This document shows positions 17,787 through 26,156 of a stretch of DNA of 32,000 nucleotides, one piece after another (positions within the stretch are counted from its first letter, which is position 1; every line of letters starts with the position of its first letter). This stretch comes from Edaphobacter aggregans. GTDB taxonomy: Bacteria > Acidobacteriota > Terriglobia > Terriglobales > Acidobacteriaceae. The notes below the pieces were generated by a model. It ran no database searches. It had not been told where the DNA came from and saw nothing but the letters and a program-made list of their open reading frames with translations. The stretch is from positions 240,001 through 272,000 of the forward strand of contig NZ_RSDW01000001.1 in assembly GCF_003945235.1 (NCBI RefSeq), written 5' to 3'. The position numbers and the translations under genes were made by a program.

Positions 17787-19262
17787 CTACTTCTTCATTG
17801 CCTTCGCATCATGTCCATTCTGATGTAACACCATATACGACACCTCACCCTTATCGTTCGTAAAGAACTCCGTCTCCGCATCCACCACCTTCAGAAAAAA
17901 CTTAGTGTCCGACTCCGGAAACATCGGATACTTCCCCTGATTCGTGGCCTGCGTCATCAACTGATCGCCCTCCAGCGTGCACGTAATGCTGAAGTTCGGC
18001 GACAACGCATACGTCCCCACATACCGCGCAAGAACAGCACGATCCACCTTCACCGCCGTCCGCACAACAGAACGAAAATCCGGCCACCCATACTCCGCCG
18101 CAATACTCTGCATGACCTCCTGCGCTAGTCTCGATCCACCCTGCGCGTTCGTCATGACCACCGCGCCATCACCGTGGTTCTCATAGGCCACGAACAAGCT
18201 CTCGAACCCCGCATTCACTCCTCCATGTGAGAAGTACCTATCCGAAGCAGGGCCTCCAATCTGAAGCCCCAGCCCCCAATTCCCTTTCCCCGGCGTAAGC
18301 ATCTGCTCGGTCATGGCCTTCGAGAGCACATGATTTGCCTTCCCCTCCAACGAACGTTGATCCTCCATCGCATAGCGCGCCAGATCCGAAGCCGTCGTCC
18401 ACAGGCCCGCAGCAGCCATCTCCGGATACGTATGCGCTCCACCGGCCACAGCCGTACCGTCCGCGTTATAAGGCGTAGCCGCCATTGCCCTGAGTTCAGC
18501 AGGCAGCGGTTGCTGATACGTACTATGGCTCATCCCAATCGGCACGAGCACCGTATCGTGCAGCAACTTGGGAAACGGTTCCTTGGCAACATCCACTGCC
18601 ATCTGCTGCATGATGGTGTAGCCTCCACCCGAATAGTTCCACTTACTCCCTGGAGCGGCTTCCACCCGAATCGCATCTGTATTCGCAGGCTTCTCTCCAT
18701 TGAGCACCTGAACAAGCGAAGGCACCGGCGCATCCTGCGCATATCCCGGAAACCCATGAACGGTCGTCCCGCCGGTATGCGTCAGCAATTCACGCAAAGT
18801 TAATGGCGCACCATTCGCCGCAGAACTCGCCGGAACCTTCCAGCTCACCAGCTTTGCATTCACATCTTCATCGAGCGAAAGCTTCCCCTCCTGCACCAAC
18901 CGAAGCACCGCCATAGCCGCAACCGGCTTGCTGATCGATCCAGCCTGAAACATCGTGTCAGCCGATACAGCCGGCCCTCCCACCCGCTCCACGCCGAACC
19001 CCCGAGCCCACTCAATCGTCCCATTATGAATCACCGCAATACTCACTCCGGGAACATGAAACTCGGCCATCCGAGCATCGAGCCGCACACACGGGTCACT
19101 CTTCTCTATAACCGGCCCATGCAAACAGCCCACCACTCTCTCGATATGCCGCTGAACGTCAGGAGAATCCACAGCCGGAGTAGTTACAACCTGGGCCAAT
19201 GCAAGCTGACTCGCAAACATCGCCAGTGCAGCATTCAAAACAACGATTCGAGTCGCAGTCAT
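17787..19262 (-). CDS. secreted serine hydrolase of the beta-lactamase/transpeptidase fold (class-C-like) with an extra C-terminal domain
   Basis: 491 aa. Signal peptide (…FASQLALAQ), SxxK (GSISKPV), a YSGGGY motif and an HGG motif in place of KTG. It also carries a ~100-aa C-terminal beta-rich extension. Confidence 0.88.
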   Translation of the reverse strand: MTATRIVVLNAALAMFASQLALAQVVTTPAVDSPDVQRHIERVVGCLHGPVIEKSDPCVRLDARMAEFHVPGVSIAVIHNGTIEWARGFGVERVGGPAVSADTMFQAGSISKPVAAMAVLRLVQEGKLSLDEDVNAKLVSWKVPASSAANGAPLTLRELLTHTGGTTVHGFPGYAQDAPVPSLVQVLNGEKPANTDAIRVEAAPGSKWNYSGGGYTIMQQMAVDVAKEPFPKLLHDTVLVPIGMSHSTYQQPLPAELRAMAATPYNADGTAVAGGAHTYPEMAAAGLWTTASDLARYAMEDQRSLEGKANHVLSKAMTEQMLTPGKGNWGLGLQIGGPASDRYFSHGGVNAGFESLFVAYENHGDGAVVMTNAQGGSRLAQEVMQSIAAEYGWPDFRSVVRTAVKVDRAVLARYVGTYALSPNFSITCTLEGDQLMTQATNQGKYPMFPESDTKFFLKVVDAETEFFTNDKGEVSYMVLHQNGHDAKAMKK

Positions 19263-19541
19263 CGTGTTCCTTGCAAAACAGGGATTGACAGCCCAGCCAG
19301 CTTACAACATCGATCCAGGCCCACTAGTTGCACTTGTCGACCCTCTTCTGGACCAGAAACAAAGTCAACGAGAGCATGGCCAGAACCCTCTTCTTTGAAA
19401 CCGACGATTGAACAATGCCAATCGCTCCCAGCCAGCAGATCAAACCTGAAACTCTCTCGTTCGCTTGACAAATCCCATCCCTTAAATCCGGTATCCTTCA
19501 GGAGTGAACAAGAAATCAACGGCAGGTCTGACACGTAATCG

Positions 19542-19583
19542 ATTGATTTCAGATACTTTATAGTCAAAGTATCTGAAATCAAT
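19542..19583. repeat. perfect inverted repeat: 18-bp arms, 6-nt spacer
   Basis: ATTGATTTCAGATACTTT (19542-19559), atagtc, then AAAGTATCTGAAATCAAT (19566-19583). I checked the reverse complement by hand and it is exact. It lies in an AT-rich part of the 407-bp divergent intergenic region. Confidence 0.9.
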
Positions 19584-19669
19584 AGTTTACAAATAAAGTC
19601 CAGACACAACTCACGCCGAATGAATACTTTACGACTTTTCGGTACAGGGCAGAGACACTAGGGAAAACG

Positions 19670-20800
19670 ATGACGCAACCGGCAACCTTCAATGACTTTA
19701 TTGGTAACACCGCCGCAGTCGAACACCTCCGTACAGCCATCGCCGCCGGTCGCCTTCCCCACTCCCTCATCCTCGCGGGCCCCGCAGGAGCAGGCAAATA
19801 CACCCTCGCTCTCATGCTCGCCATGGCCGTCGAGTGCGAGCGCCAGCCACGCGACCTCTGGTCCAACGGCCAATCCCTGGCCTCCTTCTGCGGAGTCTGC
19901 CGCAACTGCACCCGCATCGCCTCCGCCTCCAACCTGGAAGAGCAGGTCGATCAAGCCGTAGCCGCGCGCGAAGACCTCCGCGAGGCCGATAAGAAGGACA
20001 CCCGCGTCCTCATCCAGCCCCACCCCGACGTCCTCATCATCCCCCCCGACCCCCCACAACTCCTCATTAAACTCGGCCAGGTCCGCACCGTCATCCAGCG
20101 CTCCCATTCACTACCGGGCGAAGCTCCGCGCAAAATCTTCATCTTCTCCGCAGCCAACTTCATGAAGGAAGCCGCCAACTCCCTTCTCAAAGTCCTTGAA
20201 GAGCCACCCGACACAGTCCACCTCATCATCCTCGCCGAAAACCCCGGAGAACTTCTCCCCACCATTCGCTCCCGTTGCGCAATAGTGCGTCTGGGAGCAT
20301 TACCGGTGGAAGAGATCGAAATGCTCCTCGCCGACCGCCGCTCCGACGTCCCTCCAAAGCAGCGCACCCTCATCGCCCGCCTCGCCCAGGGAGCCGCTGG
20401 CAAAGCACTCGGCTTCGACCTGGCCGCCTACACCGCCGCCCGTGCCGACGCCCTCCTGCTTCTACGCAACGCCGCCAGCGAGCCCGACCACACCGCCCTC
20501 TTCAAGATGACCGAGACCTACCGCGCCGGAGCCGAAGGCCAGCAGAAGACCTCCGACCTCCTACGCACCCTCTCCCTCCTCCTCGAAGACATCCTCCTCC
20601 TTCAGTCCGGCACCCCCGAACTCCTCCGCAACACCGACCTCCGCCCCGAACTCGAACGCTTCGCCCAGACCCTCACCTTCCAATGGATCGAGCAAGCCTC
20701 CCGCGGTCTCGACCAGGTCCAAAGCGGAATGCGCCGCAACCTCCTACGCTCCCTTTCTCTCGACGCCTACGCCGGCCAACTAACCACCAACGCCCGGTAG
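19670..20800 (+). CDS. holB: DNA polymerase III subunit delta'
   Basis: 376 aa. Shows LPHSLILAGPAGAGK (degenerate Walker A), a Cys cluster CGVCRNCTRI, an SRC motif (TIRSRC) and LLKVLEEPP. Confidence 0.87.
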   Translation: MTQPATFNDFIGNTAAVEHLRTAIAAGRLPHSLILAGPAGAGKYTLALMLAMAVECERQPRDLWSNGQSLASFCGVCRNCTRIASASNLEEQVDQAVAAREDLREADKKDTRVLIQPHPDVLIIPPDPPQLLIKLGQVRTVIQRSHSLPGEAPRKIFIFSAANFMKEAANSLLKVLEEPPDTVHLIILAENPGELLPTIRSRCAIVRLGALPVEEIEMLLADRRSDVPPKQRTLIARLAQGAAGKALGFDLAAYTAARADALLLLRNAASEPDHTALFKMTETYRAGAEGQQKTSDLLRTLSLLLEDILLLQSGTPELLRNTDLRPELERFAQTLTFQWIEQASRGLDQVQSGMRRNLLRSLSLDAYAGQLTTNAR

Positions 20801-20827
20801 TCGAAGAACTGCGCGATCCGTCTTCTC

Positions 20828-21883
20828 TTACTTATCCCGAGCCGCCTTTTTCAATCGGTCCCGAATCGCCTCCCCAATCCCACCCATCTCCGGCACCGGA
20901 CAAATAATCACTGCGGCCCCCGCCTCATCTAGCTCACGCAAACCGGCAAACAATCGTCGCGCAAGCGTCTCTCCGTCACCCCAAGGTCCCCATCGATAAA
21001 CCAGAGGAGCGTAAGAAGCATCCCACCCATCTGGCAACATAACCCCTGTCTTACCGGCTGATTCAAACACATCGTCGATCGTTGAAACCAATCGTTGCTC
21101 AATCGGCCCTCGATGCCTGGATATCTCCGAAACCAGCACAAGCTTCGCTCGAGGCGCATAATGACGGATCCCAACGCCAGGCGAAGGCATGCTCTCCGGA
21201 ACATGTGCCGTCGCTGCTGGTCGAAACACCTCTACCATCCCGGTTCCGCACACGGATTCCAGCATGTCCTTCGACACACCGCCCGGGCGGTACATCGTCC
21301 ACCCCAAACCATCCTCCGAAGGGCCAAGCACCGTAGACTCTACCCCCACCATCGTCGGCCCACCATCCAAGACAGCATCAATGCTCCCATCCAGATCCTC
21401 GAGCACATGCCCCGCAGTCGTAGGACTCGTCCTTCCAAACCGATTCGCACTAGGCGCCGCCACCGGCACACACGCCTTCCGTATCAGTTCCAGCGCCAAC
21501 TCATGCGCTGGCATCCGAACCCCCACCAACGGCCGACCCGCAGTCACCGCATCCGGCACAGCTGCAGTTCTGGGCAACAGTAGGGTAAGCGGACCCGGCC
21601 AGAAAGCCGCCATCAGCGCCTCCGCTCTACCAGCAATCTCCCCCGAAACTTTCGCCACCCGCCCAACCATCTCCCGATCACACACATGAACAATCACCGG
21701 ATCCCAACTCGGTCTCTCCTTCGCCGCAAAAATCCTCTCAACAGCCGCCGAATCAAGCGCATTTGCTCCCAATCCATACACCGTCTCGGTCGGAAACGCC
21801 ACCGTACCACCCTCACGCAGCAACTCCGCCGCCCGTAGCACTCCAGCCTCACCTGCTAATCGTTCCGTTTTTCCACTGGACAT
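20828..21883 (-). CDS. tsaC: L-threonylcarbamoyladenylate synthase (YrdC domain plus Sua5 C-terminal domain)
   Basis: Shows VAFPTETVYGLGANA, KERPSWDPVIVH and SANRFGRTSPT, followed by a Sua5-type C-terminal domain. I prefer the start at 21883 (MSSGK…). The track start at 21940 would overlap the divergent neighbour's start codon. Confidence 0.88.
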   Translation of the reverse strand: MSSGKTERLAGEAGVLRAAELLREGGTVAFPTETVYGLGANALDSAAVERIFAAKERPSWDPVIVHVCDREMVGRVAKVSGEIAGRAEALMAAFWPGPLTLLLPRTAAVPDAVTAGRPLVGVRMPAHELALELIRKACVPVAAPSANRFGRTSPTTAGHVLEDLDGSIDAVLDGGPTMVGVESTVLGPSEDGLGWTMYRPGGVSKDMLESVCGTGMVEVFRPAATAHVPESMPSPGVGIRHYAPRAKLVLVSEISRHRGPIEQRLVSTIDDVFESAGKTGVMLPDGWDASYAPLVYRWGPWGDGETLARRLFAGLRELDEAGAAVIICPVPEMGGIGEAIRDRLKKAARDK

Positions 21884-21934
21884 ATCTATCCATCCTATCG
21901 CTCCGAAGAGCCTCCCTAGCCGTATACTCACCCC

Positions 21935-22540
21935 ATGCAAAACGCCGAGATCGAACTCAAGTTCCCCATCTCCGATCCCGCCGCCCTCCAGTCCCGCCTC
22001 CCCCAGCTAGGCTTCCACCTCGACACGCCCCGCACCTTCGAGCACAACACCCTCTACGACACCCCCACCCGCGACCTCCGCGCCAAACGAGCCCTCCTTC
22101 GCCTCCGCCAGTACGGCTCCCTCTGCACCGTCACCCACAAGCGCATCGCCGACGATCAGGAAGATCCATCCGGAAACCCGCGCTACAAAGTCCGTATCGA
22201 GACGGAAACAGCCGTAGCCGAAGGCTCCGCTCTCGCTGAAATCTTTCACCAGCTCGGCTATCTCCCAGCCTTCACCTACGAGAAATACCGCACCGAGTGG
22301 TCCCACACCGTCGAGCCTTCCGTGCACCTCGTCATCGACGAGACCCCTATCGGCAATTACGCCGAAATTGAAGGCCCTCCCGACTGGATCGACCGCACCC
22401 TTGCCACTCTAGGTATCGACCACGCCACTTGCCTCACCGACAGCTACGGCAAGCTCTTCCTCGACTGGAAACAGCGCACCGGTAGCCCCGCCAAAAACCT
22501 CACCTTCGCCGAGATCGCCCCCGCCCTCGCCACCCGCTAA
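21935..22540 (+). CDS. CYTH domain protein (class IV adenylate cyclase / triphosphatase family)
   Basis: 201 aa. N-terminal ExExK signature (AEIELKF) and overall CyaB-like length. The biochemical activity cannot be decided from sequence. Confidence 0.8.
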   Translation: MQNAEIELKFPISDPAALQSRLPQLGFHLDTPRTFEHNTLYDTPTRDLRAKRALLRLRQYGSLCTVTHKRIADDQEDPSGNPRYKVRIETETAVAEGSALAEIFHQLGYLPAFTYEKYRTEWSHTVEPSVHLVIDETPIGNYAEIEGPPDWIDRTLATLGIDHATCLTDSYGKLFLDWKQRTGSPAKNLTFAEIAPALATR

Positions 22541-22564
22541 AGCCCCCGCCACATCCGCCGATAC

Positions 22565-22587
22565 AACCTCCATACACACCGGAGGTT
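22565..22587 (+). promoter_or_regulatory. hairpin that pairs with the Shine-Dalgarno of the small TonB-C gene
   Basis: AACCTCC (22565-22571) pairs with GGAGGTT (22581-22587) across a 9-nt loop. The right arm contains the GGAGG located 6 nt upstream of TTG start 22592. Confidence 0.45.
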
Positions 22588-22591
22588 TCAC

Positions 22592-22927
22592 TTGGCACCC
22601 TTATCCCGTCCTGTCCGTTCTCTCCTTCTCATAGGAAGTTTCTTCCTCTGCGTTGGCACTGCCTTCGCTGGCAACGTTCATCGAGCCATAGTCACCCGCA
22701 CCAATCCCGTTTATCCCGAACTCGCACATCGCATGCACGTCGGAGGCAAAGTCGTGCTCCTGGTCACCGTCCAGCCCGATGGTACCGTCTCCGACACCAA
22801 GGTCGAGTCCGGCCACGCCCTGCTCGCCGCAGCCGCACAAGATGCCGTAAAAAAGTGGCGCTTCGCTCCCAACTCCGAGGTCTCAGAGTCTGAGGTCGAA
22901 ATCAACTTCAACATCGACGGACAGTAG
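22592..22927 (+). CDS. secreted stand-alone TonB C-terminal domain protein
   Basis: 111 aa. TTG start preceded by GGAGG. Signal peptide (…FFLCVGTAFAG). TonB_C signature is NPVYPELAHRMHVGGKVVLLVTVQPDGTV…AAQDAVKKWRF. It has no Pro-rich spacer and no N-terminal anchor. Confidence 0.82.
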   Translation: MAPLSRPVRSLLLIGSFFLCVGTAFAGNVHRAIVTRTNPVYPELAHRMHVGGKVVLLVTVQPDGTVSDTKVESGHALLAAAAQDAVKKWRFAPNSEVSESEVEINFNIDGQ

Positions 22928-22993
22928 GCTCTCACCTCGCTGTCGATCTCCCACCCATCACTATAGCCAACCACCGCGTAGGTAAGGATCATC

Positions 22994-24694
22994 ATGAAAC
23001 TCGAATCAAAGCTCGGTCTAAGCACAGGCATTCTCGTCATCGCCATGCTTCTCAGCGCCTACACGGCAACGATGCGCATCCAGGAGGCGAACCACCTCGC
23101 CTCCACAGCCACCACGCAGCATATCCCAATCAATCAGAATGCCCGCGACTTGCGAATCCAGATTCTCTATAGCATTCACGCGCTCGAGTCCTACATGCTC
23201 TTTGGCATCGATCCTGCCGCCTCCGCCAGCTTCCGCCACACGCGCCAGCAGAATCTCGCCCAGGCCGATACCTCGATGTCCAAGCTCAAGGAGTACGCCT
23301 CTCTCTACCCCCTGGGCTACGACGCCACGCGTATCAATGAGATCGATACCGATCTCGCCAACCTGAAAGCCCTCGAAGATAAGGTCGAGCAGCTCAACGA
23401 ATCGAAGACCGCACAGGGCACCGCACAGGCATACGACACCTTCCAGAATCAGATCCTGCCACTCGAGAAATCTCTCTTCGCCACAGCAAGCGATCTGGGC
23501 CAGTCTCAGATGACGCAGGCCGACGACGAGATCGTCCAGCTCAAGCACGCCAATGCCGCCACCCTCTACACTCTCTGGCTGGCCACAATCCTCGGCGCAC
23601 TGATCGGCGGGTCCATCTCGGTTCTCCTCGCACGCCGCGTCACCAAGGGCATCGATCTCGTAGCCGAGCGCGCCAACGCCATAGCCGCCGGCGACCTCAC
23701 TGGAGGCCCCCTCAACGTCCAGAGTAAGGATCAGATCGGAACCCTCGCTCACGCCATGCAGCAGATGCAGACCAACCTCGGAAACATCATCGGCACAGTG
23801 GTCAACACGGCAGGCTCATTGACCGGAAGCGCGGCCTCTATGCGCTCTGCCTCTGATCAAATGCATCGCCGCATCGACCAGCAGAGTCAGCAGACCCAGC
23901 AAGCCGCCACTGCAATGCAGGAGATGTCCGCCTCCATCGCCGAGGTCTCCCGCCACACCCAATCCGCTGCCGAAACCGCACGCAGCGCCGCCCAAACAGC
24001 ACGCGACGGCGGCACCATCGTCAAAGAAGTCCTCGACAGCATGCACTCCATCGCCACTGCCGTTAGCGAAACCTCGTCCACCGTCGGCCTCCTCGGCGAC
24101 GACTCCCGCCGCATCAGCCAGATCGTCACCGTCATCGACGAGATCGCCCGTAAGACCAATCTTCTGGCCCTCAACGCAGCCATCGAGGCCGCACGCGCCG
24201 GAGAGCAAGGTCGTGGCTTCGCCGTCGTAGCCGGTGAGGTTCGCCGCCTCGCCGAAAGCACCGCCCAGGCCACAGGCGAGATCGCCAGCATGATCCAGGG
24301 CATCCAGGACCGTACCCGCACCGCCATCGCCAGCATGGAGAGCGGCACCGGAACCGTCCAGCAGGGTGTCGTCACCACCACCCAGGCCGGCGAGGCCCTC
24401 GAGCGCATCATCGGCATGGCCGAGCGCGTCGACAAAATGATCACCCAGATCGCCATCGCCGCCTCGCAACAGGCTGTAGCTGCAGACCAGTCCAGCGCAA
24501 GCCTCGACTCCATCCACTCCCTCAGCCACGACAACCTCACCGAGATGGCCACAACCGCAGCAGGGGTCGAATCCCTCCGCGCAACAGCCGTCGCGCTTGA
24601 GCAACAAGTCGATCGTTTCAACCTTCAGTCGACCATGCACTCAATGAACACGCGCTCGATTACTCCACCCCTGCACGTATCGCAGGCCGTTTGA
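22994..24694 (+). CDS. methyl-accepting chemotaxis protein (2 TM, periplasmic helical sensor, HAMP, MA domain)
   Basis: 566 aa. TM1 is [12 protein letters not shown] and TM2 is [20 protein letters not shown], with HAMP after TM2. The highly conserved MA hairpin is present ([41 protein letters not shown]). Confidence 0.94.
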   Translation: MKLESKLGLSTGILVIAMLLSAYTATMRIQEANHLASTATTQHIPINQNARDLRIQILYSIHALESYMLFGIDPAASASFRHTRQQNLAQADTSMSKLKEYASLYPLGYDATRINEIDTDLANLKALEDKVEQLNESKTAQGTAQAYDTFQNQILPLEKSLFATASDLGQSQMTQADDEIVQLKHANAATLYTLWLATILGALIGGSISVLLARRVTKGIDLVAERANAIAAGDLTGGPLNVQSKDQIGTLAHAMQQMQTNLGNIIGTVVNTAGSLTGSAASMRSASDQMHRRIDQQSQQTQQAATAMQEMSASIAEVSRHTQSAAETARSAAQTARDGGTIVKEVLDSMHSIATAVSETSSTVGLLGDDSRRISQIVTVIDEIARKTNLLALNAAIEAARAGEQGRGFAVVAGEVRRLAESTAQATGEIASMIQGIQDRTRTAIASMESGTGTVQQGVVTTTQAGEALERIIGMAERVDKMITQIAIAASQQAVAADQSSASLDSIHSLSHDNLTEMATTAAGVESLRATAVALEQQVDRFNLQSTMHSMNTRSITPPLHVSQAV

Positions 24695-24721
24695 AAGCAA
24701 CCCACGCACGCCACAAAAAAT

Positions 24722-24754
24722 AAAAAGGGCCCGCTCCAAGAGCAGGCCCTTTCT
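24722..24754. terminator. bidirectional intrinsic terminator between convergent MCP and TonB genes
   Basis: AAAAA, then GGGCCCGCT (24727-24735), loop ccaag, then AGCAGGCCC (24741-24749), then TTTCT. The stem is 9 bp with one mismatch, and there are A/T runs on both sides. Confidence 0.7.
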
Positions 24755-24769
24755 ACGCATAACCAGCCG

Positions 24770-25852
24770 TTAGAAGATCTGGAAGTTAACCTCGACGTTC
24801 AACTCCACCAGCACCGGCTTTCCATTCTCCATCGCAGGCTTGAACTTATACTGCTTCACCGCCTCGACGGCTTTCTCATCCAAACCCATGCCAACACCGC
24901 GAATTACATGCACGTGGCTTGGATTCCCACTCGTATCGACCCACAGGTTCACCAGAACATTTCCGGCAACCTTAGCCTTGCGAGCCTCTTCCGAGAACTC
25001 CGGCTCTACCGAGAAGATCAACACCGGAGCCGAAACTCCGCCGCCGATACGCCTTGGTCCACCGCCAATATTGCCTCCCGACCCCGGCCCGATACCAGAA
25101 CCATTGCCCGAACCCAGCCCAGTTCCGCTGCCATTGCCCATCGACATGCCAACCAGTGGAGAATTTGGCACGCCAAAATTCGGAAGGTTGGTCGCCATCT
25201 TGACGTCTTTCTGCACCTCGACCGTCGGCTCAATCTTGATCTTGGGCTCAATCAACGGGGGCTTATTCGGCGGAACAATCTGCTGGTCCGCAAACTTCGG
25301 CGGCGAACCCTTCGTCACTGGCGTCGGCCCTTTCTGACCACCGCCACCACCCATCGCCTGAGCCTTTGCAGGGGCCATCGGTGGGATCGCAACCTCTGTC
25401 ACCAGCGTCGTTTTAGCCGGAGCCGATAGCGGAATCTTCTTCACCAGAATGTAGGCAATCAGCAGAATGATCAACCCATGGACAACCACAGCAATTGCCG
25501 TCGAAGTAGGGTCCCGCTTCACCTTCATCCGGTCAACAACTGCGACGGGCTTCGATTCCAGTTCCAGCGGTGGCAGCTTTTCCGGGAAAAACACATCCCG
25601 TACGCTGCTCCTCAAGGAGGAAAAGACGCCCTCTTCTTTGATAATCAGATCATTGTCCGCGGGCCGCGACTCAAGCTTTAGCGGAGCTTCACGCGATGGA
25701 TTGAAAACGTCGCGCAGGTTCGAGAACAGCGAGGCCCACATCGACCCTTCTGTTTCCTCATTCAACTTAGGCGCTTCCGCCGCCGGATGCAGCGTGGGGC
25801 CTTCATTCCTGGGATCAATCTCCGGTGGTGGTGTCAACACAGTATTCGCCAT
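24770..25852 (-). CDS. TonB family energy transducer (long cytoplasmic N-terminus, 1 TM, Gly-rich linker, TonB_C domain)
   Basis: 360 aa. TM helix is AIAVVVHGLIILLIAYILV. The C-terminus (PEFSEEARKAKVAGNVLVNLWVDTSGNPSHVHVIRGVGMGLDEKAVEAVKQYKFKPA) is a typical TonB_C domain. Confidence 0.88.
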   Translation of the reverse strand: MANTVLTPPPEIDPRNEGPTLHPAAEAPKLNEETEGSMWASLFSNLRDVFNPSREAPLKLESRPADNDLIIKEEGVFSSLRSSVRDVFFPEKLPPLELESKPVAVVDRMKVKRDPTSTAIAVVVHGLIILLIAYILVKKIPLSAPAKTTLVTEVAIPPMAPAKAQAMGGGGGQKGPTPVTKGSPPKFADQQIVPPNKPPLIEPKIKIEPTVEVQKDVKMATNLPNFGVPNSPLVGMSMGNGSGTGLGSGNGSGIGPGSGGNIGGGPRRIGGGVSAPVLIFSVEPEFSEEARKAKVAGNVLVNLWVDTSGNPSHVHVIRGVGMGLDEKAVEAVKQYKFKPAMENGKPVLVELNVEVNFQIF

Positions 25853-26156
25853 AAGCTGCTTCGCCTCGGTAGCCGATGCTCCAGAGCATCTGCCTGCTCT
25901 TCTCTAGAATCGCGCGCCACACACACTCTCTCTTATCTACGTTCCCGGTCTGTTGCCGGTTTCATCTTTGTTACAGCGGCGGAAGGCATCTGGCTCCAAG
26001 AACATTCTACAAAGATTCACTTGCCTGCGCTTGCACATTGGACGCAGCTTACACCACGAAGGTCTCCTTTCTGTCACCGTCCCGTCACCTTTTCGCCAGC
26101 TACAATAGATATTTGGCACAAACTGCAATTCTGTCTACAGGATCAAAGAGGAAAGA

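Noticed and set aside
19542-19583. The 18-bp-arm inverted repeat as a chromosome dif (XerC/D) site. The 6-nt central region made this tempting.
   Set aside because: The arms do not resemble the conserved dif core (…ATAA-N6-TTATG…) and are perfectly symmetric, whereas dif half-sites differ. The strand-composition polarity does not switch across this position, as it would at a terminus.
19259-19609. A 116-aa - strand ORF fills the long intergenic region upstream of the serine hydrolase.
   Set aside because: It has no SD and odd composition (Cys/Leu/Ser-rich), it spans the AT-rich palindrome, and its codon usage is unlike either strand class. It is more likely non-coding.
19263-19669. An SRP (4.5S) RNA or another known ncRNA upstream of the pol III subunit gene. 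In some bacteria ffs/scr sits next to dnaX.
   Set aside because: Reading both strands, I could not find the conserved helix-8 motifs (…GGUCAGGUCCGGAAGGAAGCAGCC…-like). I also found no RNase P, tmRNA or 6S signatures that I could recognise. The question remains open only as an unknown sRNA.
21884-21940. A longer tsaC N-terminus (MHGVSIRLGRLFGAIGWID…) starting at 21940.
   Set aside because: It would overlap the start codon of the divergently transcribed CYTH gene (21935), leaving no promoter space. The extension has no homology to YrdC/Sua5 N-termini. M at 21883 is preferred.
25853-26156. A T-box leader or riboswitch in the 304-bp region upstream of ileS.
   Set aside because: There is no T-box consensus (…GGUGGUACCGCG…), no specifier-loop architecture and no terminator/antiterminator pair recognisable by eye. 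The region is shared with the divergent TonB-like promoter, which accounts for its length.
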